Shown here one piece after another: positions 1 through 14,928 of a stretch of 64,000 bases of DNA; the stretch's first letter is position 1, and each line of letters begins with the position of its first letter. The stretch spans positions 864,001-928,000 of the forward strand of contig CAVXTH010000009.1 of assembly GCA_963764625.1 (NCBI GenBank). The letters run 5' to 3'. This DNA comes from Candidatus Krumholzibacteriota bacterium. GTDB lineage: Bacteria > Krumholzibacteriota > Krumholzibacteriia > JAJRXK01. The position numbers and the translations under genes are program-made. The notes under the pieces were generated by a model. It did no database searches. It worked only from the letters and a program-made list of their open reading frames with translations, and was not told the origin of the DNA.

Positions 1-1513
1 GAACCACAAGTGGCCAGCGAGAGAGGGCCTCGTGCCGCGCCACGCGAATCGCGGCCTCGGGCTCCGCCCCGAAGCTGGGCCCGCTCAGGACCAGACAACC
101 GGGGCAGAATACGTTCGCCTGATCGAAGCCACGCGGAAGCTCGCCCTGAAAACTCTCGGGGAGATCGCGAATCGGCTTTCCCATCCCCAGAAGAACGCCC
201 TTGGATCCCTCGTTCAGGCGCGGGCCGTTGTAATCCAGAGTGTCCATCGCCAGATTGTCGAATACGTAGAGATCGGTCGCGGGGTTGAAGCGCCGCAACA
301 CGTGGCTCAGAGTACCCTTGAAATCCTTCAGATCCCGCTTCTCGTCCAATACGAGCAAGAACTTGGTCAACGAGAGCTGTCCCTCGCCGAGAATGCGAAA
401 CGCGCTCATCATCGCCTCGCGCTTGTAACGCTCCTTCACCACCGCAGCCGCCAAGCTGTGGAAACCGGTTTCTCCGTAGCTCCAGAGATCTTCGACCGAG
501 GGCATCACGAGAGGAAACACCGGAGAGAGAAGAGTCTGCAGATATTCGCCGATGTAGAAATCTTCCTGCCGCGGCTTTCCCACCACGGTCGCGGGATAGA
601 TCGCGTCCTTGCGGCGCAGAACGGCCGAGCAGTGGAACACCGGGAATGGATGCTCGAGGGAGTAATAGCCGTAGTGATCGCCGAACGGCCCTTCGGGACG
701 GCGCTCCTTGGGCCGCACTTCCCCCACCAGCGCGATCTCGCTGGTGGCGAGAATGGGGAGTGGACCGTAGGGGTTTTTTGCCATGGGCAATTTCTCTCCC
801 GCGAGCATCGAGGCGAGAATCAACTCGGGGAGGTTCTCCGGCAGGGGAGCGATCGCGGCCAGAATGGCCGCGGGGGGGCCTCCCAAAAAGACGTTGACCG
901 GAAGCGCTCTACCGCGCGACTCGGCCAGATGGTGGTGGAAGCCGCCTCCCTTGCCGATCTGCCAGTGGATCCCGCAGCGGTTCGAGTCGTGGCGCTGCAT
1001 CCGGTAGATTCCCAGATTGTGCGCCGCGGTTTCCGGATCTTCGGTGTAGACCAAAGGGAGGGTGAGGAAAGGTCCCCCGTCCTTCTTCCAGGTGGTGAGT
1101 ACGGGTAACTCGTCCAACCGGGCCGGACTCTGCTTCGACTGGAAGACCGGCCCCGTGCCACGCCGAAGCCCCAGCTTTCGCAGCTCACCGAAGAGCCCGC
1201 GCTGCGCCCAGAGCTTGCTCAGGGTCGGAGGCATGAGCTCCCCTGGGAGCTCGGCAATCCTCTCCACTAGACGACGGGGATGAGGACCGAAGGCCCGCTC
1301 GACGCGCTCGGCCGTGCCGAAAAGATTCGTCACCACCGGAAGTGTTCCCGAGGTGGGCCGGCGGAACAAGAGGACCGGTCCCTCCGCCGCGACGACTCTG
1401 CGATGGATCTCGGCCATCTCGAGATATGGGTCCACCGGCGCGTCGATCTCCACCACCTGTCCGTCGCTCGCGAGGGCGTCGAGAAAGGACCTGAGATCCA
1501 AATGAGAAGCCAT
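1..1513 (-). CDS. UbiD-family (prFMN-dependent) decarboxylase, 3' end runs off the window
   Basis: Translated by hand (absent from the ORF track because no stop lies in the window): MASHLDLRSFLDAL...EIDAPVDPYLEMAEIHRRV...NLGIYRMQ...EGPFGDHYGYYS...VVGKPRQED; GGAG RBS upstream. Confidence 0.9.
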   Translation of the reverse strand, partial: MASHLDLRSFLDALASDGQVVEIDAPVDPYLEMAEIHRRVVAAEGPVLLFRRPTSGTLPVVTNLFGTAERVERAFGPHPRRLVERIAELPGELMPPTLSKLWAQRGLFGELRKLGLRRGTGPVFQSKQSPARLDELPVLTTWKKDGGPFLTLPLVYTEDPETAAHNLGIYRMQRHDSNRCGIHWQIGKGGGFHHHLAESRGRALPVNVFLGGPPAAILAAIAPLPENLPELILASMLAGEKLPMAKNPYGPLPILATSEIALVGEVRPKERRPEGPFGDHYGYYSLEHPFPVFHCSAVLRRKDAIYPATVVGKPRQEDFYIGEYLQTLLSPVFPLVMPSVEDLWSYGETGFHSLAAAVVKERYKREAMMSAFRILGEGQLSLTKFLLVLDEKRDLKDFKGTLSHVLRRFNPATDLYVFDNLAMDTLDYNGPRLNEGSKGVLLGMGKPIRDLPESFQGELPRGFDQANVFCPGCLVLSGPSFGAEPEAAIRVARHEALSRWPLVV

Positions 1514-1647
1514 GCGCACTCCGCCAGCTAGAGGGAAGCGTCAGCCTAGAACGCAACCGGGCCACGGGCAAGCGTTAGGCGATTGCCACCTCCACCGTAG
1601 AGAGTGTAGTTTAGAGGCAAGGAAACTCCCCGCCCGGAGAATTCACC

Positions 1648-2184
1648 ATGGTGAACATCACTCGATGCGCGGTGTGTGGGCGCACCATCCCGGCCAACGG
1701 CGAGGCCTGCGCATACTGCGAGAGCGAGCGCGAGCCGAGTGCCGAGCGCGCCTATCTGCCTCTCACCATGAAGCTCCTGCTCGTCCTCTACGGGGTTGAC
1801 ATCGTCGCTACCGCCATCGTGGCCGGGATCGGTTTCTTTCGCGCGGTCCTGCGCCCGAGTCCGACCATCCTCCTGCCTCTCGTGCTACTGCGGCTCGCTC
1901 TCGCGGTCGCGGCCGGCTGCGGTCTCCTCATGCGCAAGCGCCTGGGGATCTGGCTCGGGCTGGCCTTTCTCTCTCTGGAGATCTTCGGGGTTCTCCTCGG
2001 GTTGGCGCGCGCGATCGATTCCACCTACTGGGGAGAGCCTGGAATCTCGATCCTCTGGAGCGCTCTCTTCTTCTTCCTCTTGCTGCGAGACGAGGTGCGC
2101 GCGTACTTCGATCCCAAGTTCGCCGACCGCCAGGAAGTGCTCCACCTCTTGCGGAGCACCAGGACTCCTCGCTCGTGGAAGTGA
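1648..2184 (+). CDS. Membrane protein of unknown function with N-terminal CxxC...CxxC and about 4 TM helices
   Basis: ORF with GGAG RBS, CAVC/CAYC motifs and hydrophobic segments. Confidence 0.7.
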   Translation: MVNITRCAVCGRTIPANGEACAYCESEREPSAERAYLPLTMKLLLVLYGVDIVATAIVAGIGFFRAVLRPSPTILLPLVLLRLALAVAAGCGLLMRKRLGIWLGLAFLSLEIFGVLLGLARAIDSTYWGEPGISILWSALFFFLLLRDEVRAYFDPKFADRQEVLHLLRSTRTPRSWK

Positions 2185-3780
2185 ACCGACGGGGCACTCT
2201 CCTCCGCGGCGGATTGCTGCGGACCATGGAGGAGACGATCGAAGGCGAGGCCCTTCTGGTTCGGGCGGGTCGCATCGAGGCCATCGGGAGCGAGAAGAGA
2301 CTTGCGCGCGCAGGCGCCCCATGCCGAGTTCGTCGATCTCGGCGGCGCCACGCTCATGCCAGGGTTCATCGATACCCACACCCACTTCTTCGAATGGGCG
2401 CGCAAGCTCTCGGGGATCGATCTGAGCGAGGCGACCACCCTCGAGCAGGTCGAGGCGCGGCTGAGAACCCACCAAGATCCGCATGCACCCCAGGGACTCT
2501 GGTTGGGGGGGAGCGGTTGGGATCCGCGGCTCTTGCGGGGCGAGAAGCGGCTCGATCGCGCGCTCCTGGACCAGATCTTCCCGCACCAGCCGGTGGCGCT
2601 GGAATCGCGCGACTTCCACACTCTGTGGTGCAATACCGCCGCTCTCAAGAGCGCGGGGATCTTCGACGGGGCCCAGGCTCCGGCTGGGGGAGAGATCGGG
2701 CGGAGAGAGGACGGCAGCCCCGACGGCCTCCTCTACGAGACCGCGTGGGAGCTCATCCTGGACGCTCGGCCCGCCGAGGCCGAGGAGATCAAAGAGCTTT
2801 GGTTGAAGAAGGCGATCGACACGGCTCACCGCTTCGGCCTCACCTCCTTTCATAGCATGGAGCCCCTTGGCGCCTTGAGGAGCTATCGCCGGCTCGCGCG
2901 CGAAGGCGAGCTCTGGATGCGCGTGGTCTACCATTCACCGGTGCGAAATCTCGACGAACGCATCGCCCAGAATCGACCCAGTTACCGCGATCGCGATCCG
3001 TGGCTGCGCTTTGGAGGAGTCAAGATCTTCGCCGACGGATCCTTGGGCTCGGCATCGGCTTACATGCTCGAGCCCTATCCCGATGGTAGCAAGGGCCGGC
3101 TCCTGGTGGACGAACCCACTCTGCGAGAGACCATCGTGCGAGCGGGCAGACACCAGATCGCGCCGTCCATTCACGCAATCGGAGACGCGGCGGTGCGGGT
3201 GGTGGTGAACGCGCTTGCCGGCGCGCGTGAGAGCCTGAGAAAAGAGGGTAAGGATCTTCCGCCACTGGCTCGCATCGAACACGCGCAGTGCGTGAGGCCA
3301 CAGGAACTGCGGCGCATGAAGGAGCTCGATCTCACCTGTGCGATGCAGCTGGTCCATCTCCTGGACGATTTTCCCCTGTTGCGCGAACTGTGGGGGGAGC
3401 AAGGACGCCACGCGTATCCCGCACGTGCCCTGCTGCAACAAGGCGTTCGCGTCGTTCTGGGAAGTGACGCTCCGGTGGCGAGCATCGATCCCAGGAAGGG
3501 GATCTGCACCGCGATGACACGACGCCTCCCGGGAATGAAACCCCAAGAGAGCTGGTTCGCCGAGGAGTCGCTGCGCGAGGAAGAAGCCCTTTTGGCCTAC
3601 ACCCGATGGGCCGCCGAATCGGCTGCTTGGGACGACGAATTGGGCTCCCTGAGGCCGGGGAAGCGAGCGGACCTCGTGGGGCTGGAGGCGCCGGCGCCGG
3701 ACGATGCCTTCGGCTGGCTAAAGGCGAGAATTCGCATGACGATGGTCGACGGGAGAATGGTCTACGAGGATCTGCCGTAG
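2181..3780 (+). CDS. Amidohydrolase_3 / YtcJ-like metal-dependent amidohydrolase (frameshift near 2300)
   Basis: [36 protein letters not shown] motifs; the N-terminal part ([13 protein letters not shown]) is in another frame. Confidence 0.88.
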
Positions 3781-4985
3781 CGCCGCTCCACGTACTCGGT
3801 GAGCAGTTTGGCGAAGTCGTCGGCGATGTGATCGCCCTGCAGAGTGGTGAAGAGTTCCCCATCGACGTACACCGGAGCCCGGGGTGATTCGCCGGTGCCC
3901 GGCAGAGAGATCCCGATGTCGGCGTGCTTGCTCTCTCCGGGTCCGTTGACCACGCAGCCCATTACCGCCACATTCATCGCCTCCACTCCGGGATATTCCT
4001 TTCTCCACTGGGCCATCTTCACGCGTAGCTCGCCCTCGATTCGCGCCGCCAGCTCCTGGAAGTAGGTCGAGGTCGTGCGTCCGCAGCCCGGACACGCCGC
4101 CACCTGAGGAGTGAAATTCGCGAGTCCCATCGACTGCAGGATCTGTTGGCAGACGAAAACCTCCTCCGCGCGATCGCCTCCCGGTTGTGGAGTGAGACTC
4201 ACGCGAATCGTGTCGCCGATTCCCTCTTGAAGGAGGATCGCGATGGCGGCGGTGGAGGCCACCATGCCTTTCATCCCCATGCCCGCTTCGGTCAGACCGA
4301 GGTGGAGAGGATAGTCGCACCGGGAGGCGAGTGACTCGTAGACCGCGACGAGGTCCTGCAACGCACTGGTCTTTACGCTGAGGACAATCTGGTCGTGGCG
4401 GAGTCCTTCCGCCTCGGCCGCTTCTGCGCTGTCGAGCGCACTGCGCACCATGGCTTCGCGATACACCGCTCTGAAGTCCAGAGAATCGTCCCTGCCGGCG
4501 TTCTCATCCATGAGGGAGGTGAGCAGGTTCTGATCGAGCGAGCCCCAGTTTACGCCGATGCGGATGGATTTTCCGTGCGCGATGGCGGTCTGGACCATGG
4601 CCTTGAAGTTGAGATCGTGCGTGCGCGAAGTGCCCACGTTTCCCGGATTGATCCGATACTTGTCGAGGGTCTCCGCGCAGCCGGGAAACTCGGCGAGAAG
4701 GCGATGGCCGTTGTAGTGGAAATCTCCGATCAGAGGTACCTGTAGTCCTCGGTCCAGGAGCTTTTTTCTTATGGCGGGAACCGCATTCGCGGCTTGTGGC
4801 GTGTTGACCGTCACCCGCACCAACTGGCTGCCGGCCACAACGAGCTGCGCGATCTGCGCGGCCGTCTGCTCGACGTCCTCGGTGGGCGTGTTCGTCATGC
4901 TCTGCACCACGATGGGGTGGCAGGAGCCGATCGGAACGGAGCCGATCCAACAGCTCGGGGTTTCCCTTCTCGCTCGCGTCATCAC
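3762..4985 (-). CDS. ispG: (E)-4-hydroxy-3-methylbut-2-enyl-diphosphate synthase
   Basis: [49 protein letters not shown]. Confidence 0.97.
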   Translation of the reverse strand: MMTRARRETPSCWIGSVPIGSCHPIVVQSMTNTPTEDVEQTAAQIAQLVVAGSQLVRVTVNTPQAANAVPAIRKKLLDRGLQVPLIGDFHYNGHRLLAEFPGCAETLDKYRINPGNVGTSRTHDLNFKAMVQTAIAHGKSIRIGVNWGSLDQNLLTSLMDENAGRDDSLDFRAVYREAMVRSALDSAEAAEAEGLRHDQIVLSVKTSALQDLVAVYESLASRCDYPLHLGLTEAGMGMKGMVASTAAIAILLQEGIGDTIRVSLTPQPGGDRAEEVFVCQQILQSMGLANFTPQVAACPGCGRTTSTYFQELAARIEGELRVKMAQWRKEYPGVEAMNVAVMGCVVNGPGESKHADIGISLPGTGESPRAPVYVDGELFTTLQGDHIADDFAKLLTEYVERRYGRSS

Positions 4986-7900
4986 TCTCCCATTTCGTCG
5001 CTTTCGGCCGGGGGCTCGATCCCGGGGGGGAGGATGACCCCGCGGCCGCTCTGACCGTCGATGCGCACCCTCACGGGGGACTTCGTGCGAATGTGCCGCA
5101 CCTGTTCAGTATCGCGTACCGTCGGCTGCGCGGCAAACCAGTCCCAATCGACTCGGCCGTCTCCGAGGTACGGGTTGATGGTGAAGTAGCCGATCCGCAA
5201 GGAGGTGATATTCTGGAAGAAGTGGGTTCCCTGCGAGGGCGTGACGCGGAAATTCTCGATCCCCGCTTCCACGATGACCCGAGCTTGTGAAATTTGCTCC
5301 CAGCTCACCGGGATTCCCAGCCAGGGATCGGCGGACCCCCAGCGTCCCGGGCCGATGAGAATGCAGGGGCGGTTCTCCTCGCGCAGCTGCTCGTTCATTT
5401 CGGCGACCGTCTTGGCGATCTTCATGGTGTGGGCGCTGTCGAATATCGTGGGATCGACGTACACGATGTCACAGATTCCATCGATCACTCCGTTGCCCAG
5501 TGCCTTTTCGCAGTACAACACCGATTTTTCGATCGTAGGCGCGTCGAGTCGGACGTCATCAGGCTCGCCCCCCACCACGAGGCGCCGGATCTGCAGGAAT
5601 CCGAACCAGGCGGGATCGGAGTTGAGGTCGACCGCGAATTCCATCTCGACCGGCGAGCCCATCTCTCGCTTCCCGAGATCGAGGAGACTGCGCAGAATCG
5701 CCGCCAGGGGAAAGGTCTCCGCCTTGAGGATCGGCGCGAAGGTGATGACGGGAGTGGCTCCCGCTCGCATTCCGTCGTAGATGACGTCGTTCTCCAGCGA
5801 GTAGCTGGAACAAACCGGCGCCAGGGTGTTGTCCTCCTTCGCCTCCTTCAGGCCCAGGCAGAGCAGGTTGCTCTCGCCCTCCATCATGGCGGGCATCAAA
5901 TGCGTCCGCCCCAGATCCAGAGCGTAGAAGCGACGCTGCGACGCGCGAAGAGTGGTCTGGGTGCTTCCGAATTCGGGGATGTGCCGGGGATGCACGGGCG
6001 AAAACCTGAGGGCGTCGGCGCCGCTGACCACCTGACGGCCCAGTCCCAGAGCCACCACTGCCAGCCCGTCTTCGTGTTGCATGGGCGCGATGGGATAGAA
6101 GTTGTGGGAGCGAGCGACGCCCGAGAAACTGGGGTAGTAGCGATCGCCGTGCGGGAACCCCACCAATCGCTGCAGAATCACCGCCATCTTCTCGTCCTCG
6201 ACTCGATAGGGCGTGTTCTCCATGTACCGTTTCGAGGCGGTGGAAAAGGTGGACGCATAGACCAGTTTGATCGCCTTGGACAGCTGGGCGAGCCGAACCG
6301 TGGGGTGCGTGTGGTTGTTGGGCACCATGTAGGTGTCGTAGATCCCGGCGAAGGGCTGGAATTGGGAGTCCTCCAACAGGCTGGAAGAGCGCACCGCGAG
6401 TGGATAATCAACTTGCGAAAGGAAGGAGGCGAGGTCGTCCTGGGCCTCGCGCGGCAGGCGTGCCGCCAGGAACGCTCTGGCAATGCGCCGATCGTCTTGC
6501 GCGGTGTAGGCGATCTCGAAGAGATGGTTTTGAGACATGAAGTCGTCGAAGATGTCCGTTCCGATGACCGCGGTTGGCGGAACCTCGATTCGGACCCCGG
6601 GGAACGCTCGCGTCATGCCCTGATGCAGGATGAGGTGGCTGGCGAAAGCGAGACCGCGGCCCTTGCCTCCCAGAGATCCGTGGCCGATGCGGACGAAAGA
6701 GCTGTCCTCGTCGAAACGCCGTGGTGAAAAATCGGCGATCACGCCTCGTTGCGTCTCGAGCCGATGCTGGTTGAAGGTCTTCACCAGATAGCGCCGCAGA
6801 TCGGACATCGACTCGAATTCGCTGACGCGTCGGGGACGAATGAGCGAGGCCAACCCGAATTCGGTGCGCGCTCTCAACCAGTTCGAAAAGTCGTTGCGGC
6901 GCGCGTGATACTCCAACGACGCATCCGGAATCCTCTCCATCTGCTCCTGCAGCGAGCGCAGATCGTTCGCGCGAGCAACCTCGCTGCCGTTGGGAAGTCG
7001 GAAGACGAAATCGCCGAAACCGAAGTTCTTCTCGATGAACTGTTGCAGATCGGTGAGAAGGCTCTGCGAACGCTTGTTGATGTAGTGACCGTTGACCGAC
7101 TCAGCCAGTAGCTGTCCGTTGGCTTGGCTCGATTGCAAAACCACCGGAAGCGTCGGATCCTCGGCGCGGATCGCGCGCACGAAATCGACTCCTGCCTCCG
7201 GGTCGGGCTTGCCGTTGCGAGGAAAACGGACATCACTGATCACGCCCAGCATGTAGCGTTTGTACTTCTGGTACAGCGCCGCGGCCTCTTCGTAGTTTCG
7301 CGCCAGGAGGATCTTGGGGCGTGCGCGCATTCGGAGCAGCCGGTGCGTCACGTTGATGCCCTCGTCCATGAGCGACTGGGTCTGCTTCATGATCTCCGTG
7401 TAGAGCAGAGGCAGATAGAGCGAGGTGAAGCGGATGGAATCCTCGATGAGGAGAATGGTACGGACGCTGGCGACCGAGGTGTCGTGGTCGACGTTCCAAC
7501 GATCTTCGAAAAGTTTGATGACGGCCAGAAAGAGGCCCGTGTCACCCGACCAGGTGAAGATTTCATCGTAGCCCTGCGCCGCGCGGTCGAGCTGGAGGCG
7601 CCGCACTTCACGGGCGTCGAAGGCGAACATCACGACGGGCACGCGGGGGTCGATCTGCTTGATCCGTAGTCCGAAGTCGAAAGCCTCCGCCGAGCCCGAC
7701 CAGAGCATGCTGAGTATCAGATTGAAGTGCTTCTTCTCGATGAATTCGAGCGCCTCTTCCGCCGACGAGGCCCGGGTGATGCTCGGGGCATAGGTCAGAT
7801 TGAGGCTGACATACTCGTTCAGAATCAGTTCGGTGAGGCGTCCGCCTTCCTCGAGGATGAAGGCGTCGTAGGAACTCGCGACCACGAGGATGTCGTGAAC

Positions 7901-7996
7901 GCGGTGGGGCATGAGACTGTCGAATGCGGCGGTGAGGTTCCGGATGTTCGCCGGGCCCCCGCCAGGGAGTAGGTCGTGCATGCCGTCTCTCGCCAA
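4982..7996 (-). CDS. Receiver-like domains fused to a PPDK_N/PEP-synthase-type ATP-grasp domain (gdhA-associated protein)
   Basis: [62 protein letters not shown]. Confidence 0.85.
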   Translation of the reverse strand: MARDGMHDLLPGGGPANIRNLTAAFDSLMPHRVHDILVVASSYDAFILEEGGRLTELILNEYVSLNLTYAPSITRASSAEEALEFIEKKHFNLILSMLWSGSAEAFDFGLRIKQIDPRVPVVMFAFDAREVRRLQLDRAAQGYDEIFTWSGDTGLFLAVIKLFEDRWNVDHDTSVASVRTILLIEDSIRFTSLYLPLLYTEIMKQTQSLMDEGINVTHRLLRMRARPKILLARNYEEAAALYQKYKRYMLGVISDVRFPRNGKPDPEAGVDFVRAIRAEDPTLPVVLQSSQANGQLLAESVNGHYINKRSQSLLTDLQQFIEKNFGFGDFVFRLPNGSEVARANDLRSLQEQMERIPDASLEYHARRNDFSNWLRARTEFGLASLIRPRRVSEFESMSDLRRYLVKTFNQHRLETQRGVIADFSPRRFDEDSSFVRIGHGSLGGKGRGLAFASHLILHQGMTRAFPGVRIEVPPTAVIGTDIFDDFMSQNHLFEIAYTAQDDRRIARAFLAARLPREAQDDLASFLSQVDYPLAVRSSSLLEDSQFQPFAGIYDTYMVPNNHTHPTVRLAQLSKAIKLVYASTFSTASKRYMENTPYRVEDEKMAVILQRLVGFPHGDRYYPSFSGVARSHNFYPIAPMQHEDGLAVVALGLGRQVVSGADALRFSPVHPRHIPEFGSTQTTLRASQRRFYALDLGRTHLMPAMMEGESNLLCLGLKEAKEDNTLAPVCSSYSLENDVIYDGMRAGATPVITFAPILKAETFPLAAILRSLLDLGKREMGSPVEMEFAVDLNSDPAWFGFLQIRRLVVGGEPDDVRLDAPTIEKSVLYCEKALGNGVIDGICDIVYVDPTIFDSAHTMKIAKTVAEMNEQLREENRPCILIGPGRWGSADPWLGIPVSWEQISQARVIVEAGIENFRVTPSQGTHFFQNITSLRIGYFTINPYLGDGRVDWDWFAAQPTVRDTEQVRHIRTKSPVRVRIDGQSGRGVILPPGIEPPAESDEMGE

Positions 7997-8070
7997 TCGA
8001 GGGCTTCTACGAATCGAGGGGCACCCGGGGGCGCCCCTCGATCCACTCTAACCCAAGTGGCCGATTCCGA

Positions 8071-9429
<1,359 letters not shown>

Positions 9430-9698
9430 CTATGGGTTAGTGCGGGATGGTGGCTTTTGCGAAACACTTGGCGCAAGAGCCGCCCTCGACCACGTGTCAT
9501 GATGGCGCGGCAGCAGAATCACAAGGATCCGGGGATGGTCACCTCGGTCCCACCTGCCTCGCGGCAGCGGAAAAGGTATGTCCGCTCGGGGGGGAATCCA
9601 AGCTCCATCCGTCAGGAAATTGGCCTCAGGAGGAAAGCGAGCCGTGACACGAATTCACAGCTGGCGGGGTCGGGGTGAGCTTTCAAGATCAACGAGAA

Positions 9699-9730
9699 GA
9701 AAGGGCCATCGCGTCTGCGACGGCCCTTTC
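9699..9730 (-). terminator. Intrinsic terminator after tRNA-fMet
   Basis: Minus strand GAAAGGGCCGTCGC-AGAC-GCGATGGCCCTTTC followed by TTC. Confidence 0.7.
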
Positions 9731-9733
9731 AAA

Positions 9734-9810
<77 letters not shown>

Positions 9811-9851
9811 CCAATTCCAGGGCGGCAAGCTAGCGAGGAATCCCGGGAGTG

Positions 9852-11683
<1,832 letters not shown>

Positions 11684-11773
11684 TCAAGCAGAGCCCCGAG
11701 GCGGATCAAACGCTTGACCGCCATTGGTTTATCGCGATTCTGGAGAGGCGGGCCGCGGCAGCGTCCCAGGGTA

Positions 11774-11800
11774 TGAAACAAGCTCGAGCGCTCCGGCGTA
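11774..11800 (+). promoter_or_regulatory. ECF (SigW-like) promoter, probably autoregulatory
   Basis: TGAAAC-N17-CGTA upstream of the ECF sigma gene. Confidence 0.65.
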
Positions 11801-11915
11801 GGGAAAGTCTGCCGCTCAGCGGGCCCAGCTCCTTGCGCCACAGTTCTTTGGGAGCGTGGGGAGGGGTCGCGACTTCGCGAGTGGTGGAGTCGCCTGTCCG
11901 CCGGGGGTAGGCACC

Positions 11916-12500
11916 TTGGAGAAAGATCGCCTGGTGATCGTCCGGGCCCGGCGCGGAGAGCAGAGCGCGTTCGCCGAGCTGCTCCGTCGCTATCGAGCAC
12001 CTGTCTTCAACTTGTGTCTTCGCATGTTGAAGAACCGCGACGACGCGGAAGACTTGACTCAGGACGTCTTCATCAAGGTGTTCTCGATGCTCGAACGATA
12101 CGACGATCGGTACGCGTTTCGCAGCTGGGTGTTCAAGATCGCCGCGAACCAGTGTATCGACTTCATCCGGAAGAACCGGGTGAAGCTCTGCGTCTCGACG
12201 AGCCGGTCCACTATCGGGGAGAGGAGATCGAGCGGCAGCTCCCGGACGAAGCGCCAGCTCCCGATGAAGAACTCCATCGGCGTGAAGTGGGGAAGCTTGC
12301 TGAGAGAATTGACGGATGAGTTGCCTCCGCATTACCGCGCCATCATCGTGCTGCGGCATCAGGAGCAACTCAGCTACGAGGAGATCGCCGAAATGCTGGA
12401 GCTCCCCTTGGGTACGGTCAAGGCACGCATCCATCGGGCGAGAGCGATGATGAAGGAAAAGCTGATCAAGCGGAGGATGCTATCGCGTCTTCTCCACTGA
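11916..12500 (+). CDS. ECF sigma factor (SigW/RpoE-like); two compensating frameshifts at about 12187-12300
   Basis: DAEDLTQDVFIK, FRSWVFKIAANQCIDFIRK, LSYEEIAEMLELPLGTVKARIHRAR; the true linker LRLDEPVHYRGEEIERQLPD is in an alternative frame. Confidence 0.9.
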   Translation: MEKDRLVIVRARRGEQSAFAELLRRYRAPVFNLCLRMLKNRDDAEDLTQDVFIKVFSMLERYDDRYAFRSWVFKIAANQCIDFIRKNRVKLCVSTSRSTIGERRSSGSSRTKRQLPMKNSIGVKWGSLLRELTDELPPHYRAIIVLRHQEQLSYEEIAEMLELPLGTVKARIHRARAMMKEKLIKRRMLSRLLH

Positions 12501-12570
12501 AGGAGAGTCGGCATGAATGGTGCGACCAGGATGGAGCGGACGAGAGTTCGGACCAAGAGAAGGGCAAGGC

Positions 12571-13245
12571 ATGGCAGTGGAGGTCGTCATGAGTGACACT
12601 TACGAATTTGAGAGCAACCCGGATCGTTTGCTCCAGCGCTACCTCGATGGAGACCTCTCCAATCGCGAGGCCACGAGGATCTTCCTTCAGGCCGAGAAGG
12701 ATCCGAAGCTCGCGCGCGAACTCGCCGAGTACCGCCAGCTCTTCAAGCTTCTGGATCAGGATCCGCGCGACGAACCTTCGCCAGCGATGGATGCGAGAGT
12801 GATGCAGGCAGTTCCCTACGAGAGATACGCGAGCGCGCCGCGCCGAGCGCTGCCCGTGTTGATCCTGGGTTCGAAGATGCCGGGATTCCTGGTGAGAAGT
12901 CTGGGCCTGTTCCGTTCGGGAGTGGCTGCCCTCATGGTGGCCTACTCGCTGTTCTTGCTGGTCAGCCACAGCTTTCTCCAGCGGACGGTTGGGGGAGGAG
13001 CACTCGCGCTGCGGGACGCGCTCGACGGTTGGGCGGAGAATACGGTTCACGTACCGGTTTTCTCGCAGGTGGTGTCCTTCTTGGCTTCAGCCTACGACGC
13101 ATCGATCAGATTCGTCGCCCGCCTGAGCGAGACCTGGGGTACACCGGCGGTCACTCTCGCCCTGGGGCTCTTGCTCGCGGCCCTGGTTCTCGCGGTGGCA
13201 AGCAAGGGTCGGCGTGGTCTTCGGGACAAGGGGTCTCATGCCTGA
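12571..13245 (+). CDS. Putative membrane anti-sigma factor
   Basis: Follows the ECF sigma; LLQRYLDGDLS anti-sigma-like N-terminus; TM helices. Confidence 0.7.
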   Translation: MAVEVVMSDTYEFESNPDRLLQRYLDGDLSNREATRIFLQAEKDPKLARELAEYRQLFKLLDQDPRDEPSPAMDARVMQAVPYERYASAPRRALPVLILGSKMPGFLVRSLGLFRSGVAALMVAYSLFLLVSHSFLQRTVGGGALALRDALDGWAENTVHVPVFSQVVSFLASAYDASIRFVARLSETWGTPAVTLALGLLLAALVLAVASKGRRGLRDKGSHA

Positions 13246-14899
13246 AATCGAGCTCCGTGCTGAACGGAGTGGTCCTCGTTTCCCCAGCGGCCAAGTCGAT
13301 GGAGTTTTCCGCGAGAGAACTCTCGTGGGCATCGGTTTGTGCGTGCTGCTGGTTTCGTCGCTCTGGGGGAGCGCTCGGGCCACGTCGGCCCAGGCGGTGG
13401 CCGACAGTAGCGAGGGCTCCGCGTGGGCGGTGGCCGCCTCGCAAGCCGATTCCAGCACCACTCTGAGCGCCGCAGACCTCTATCGGCTCCTCTTCGAAAC
13501 CTCCACCCAGCTTTCACGCACCCAGGGGGCGGCGAAGCGCGATAGTCTGATTCGGGCGATTCACGAGCTCGAGGCCGAGGTTACCGCACTACGTGCAGCG
13601 CAACGCGCTCGCTCGTCCGTCGCGCCTGAACCAGACCCCAAACTGAATGATCTGGAAAAGCAAATCCACGATTCGGCCGCGCGAGGGGACTGGAAGAGCT
13701 TCAACCAGGATCTGGGAGAGTTCCTGGGACAGGTGGGAGAGGTGAGCGAGGAACTGGGGCAACAGTTGGGGCAAGTCCAGCTGGAGATAAGCTCCGAGCG
13801 CTTCCGCCTGGCCACCGAGGGTGGTGGCTACATCGACGTGCAGATCCCCGAGGAAGTTCGAGAAAATCTCAAGTCGGGCGTCATGGCGTTCAACGAAGGG
13901 CTGGGGCGAGTCCTGTCCGATTCGATGCTGCAGGAGTTGGGGCGCAGCATCGAGCAATACACGCAGAACGGAAAGGGACCGCGATTCATTTTGGGCAAGC
14001 TCGGGCATCGCGAAAAGGCCAAGCAGTGGAAGGTCATCGGACGCTCGGTCTTCAAGATGGGGTCCGACTTCGAGGTGGCCGACGACGAGTTGGTTCAGGG
14101 TGACGTCGTCGTCGTCGGGGGGACGCTCACCGTCTCGGGCAAGGTCTTGGGGAAAGCGGTTGCCGTCGCGGGCAATTTGAATATCGAAGACTCGGGGGAG
14201 GTCAAAGGCGACGCGGTGAGCATTGGCGGAAACGTGACGCGCAGCGGAAACGCGCAGATCTCGGGTCAGGAAATCGACTTCGGGCACTTGCTTCCCGGGG
14301 TGAGAGGAGTTCGGGAAGCGGCCCCGTATCTCAACATCGTCATGATCGCCCTGCGCCTTCTCATCATGGCAGTGCTGGCCTTGATTCTAATTGCTCTGAT
14401 GGGGGATCGCCTCGACCTCATGTGCGCTCAGTGCCATGAGGGCCTGCTCCGATCCTTCGCCATGGGCATGGTTTGGCTGTTGGTCACCCTCTTTCTCTTC
14501 ACGATCCTCTCATTCACTCTCGCGCTCACCATCATCGGAATTCCAGTGGTGATTCTGCTGGGCGCGATTCTCGCCGCGCTGATCCTTGCGGCCTATTTCG
14601 TCACCTGCCGCCTGCTCGGAGAACGCTTGCTGAAAGTACTGTGGCCCGAGAGGGAGGTTCTGAGCTGGCAGAGCATCCTCTTGGGAATGATCGTGCTCGA
14701 GGGTCCAGCCATCTTTCTGGTGATCTTCGCTCTGATCTTTGCTCCGGACGGAGCGAGCATGGCGCTGGCTCGAAACGTAGACCTCGGCCTCAAGTTCTTG
14801 GCCTTGAGCCTCGGCTTCGGTTGTGTGGTCCAGAGCCGCTTCGGTTCCTTCCGCCGACGCTCCATTCCCGTCGAGCTCGCGGCGGAGAGTCATTCCTGA
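13238..14899 (+). CDS. Secreted/membrane protein with bactofilin-like (polymer-forming cytoskeletal) beta-helix and multi-TM C-terminus
   Basis: Signal-like N-terminus; GDVVVVGGTLTVSGKVLGKAVAVAGNLNIEDSGEVKGDAVSIGG repeats; 5-6 TM helices. Confidence 0.75.
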   Translation: MPEIELRAERSGPRFPSGQVDGVFRERTLVGIGLCVLLVSSLWGSARATSAQAVADSSEGSAWAVAASQADSSTTLSAADLYRLLFETSTQLSRTQGAAKRDSLIRAIHELEAEVTALRAAQRARSSVAPEPDPKLNDLEKQIHDSAARGDWKSFNQDLGEFLGQVGEVSEELGQQLGQVQLEISSERFRLATEGGGYIDVQIPEEVRENLKSGVMAFNEGLGRVLSDSMLQELGRSIEQYTQNGKGPRFILGKLGHREKAKQWKVIGRSVFKMGSDFEVADDELVQGDVVVVGGTLTVSGKVLGKAVAVAGNLNIEDSGEVKGDAVSIGGNVTRSGNAQISGQEIDFGHLLPGVRGVREAAPYLNIVMIALRLLIMAVLALILIALMGDRLDLMCAQCHEGLLRSFAMGMVWLLVTLFLFTILSFTLALTIIGIPVVILLGAILAALILAAYFVTCRLLGERLLKVLWPEREVLSWQSILLGMIVLEGPAIFLVIFALIFAPDGASMALARNVDLGLKFLALSLGFGCVVQSRFGSFRRRSIPVELAAESHS

Positions 14900-14928
14900 T
14901 TCATTCTTTACTGGGGTTCGGCCCGCTC

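Noticed and set aside
32-1108. 358-aa plus-strand ORF
   Set aside because: Antisense shadow of the minus-strand UbiD-family gene
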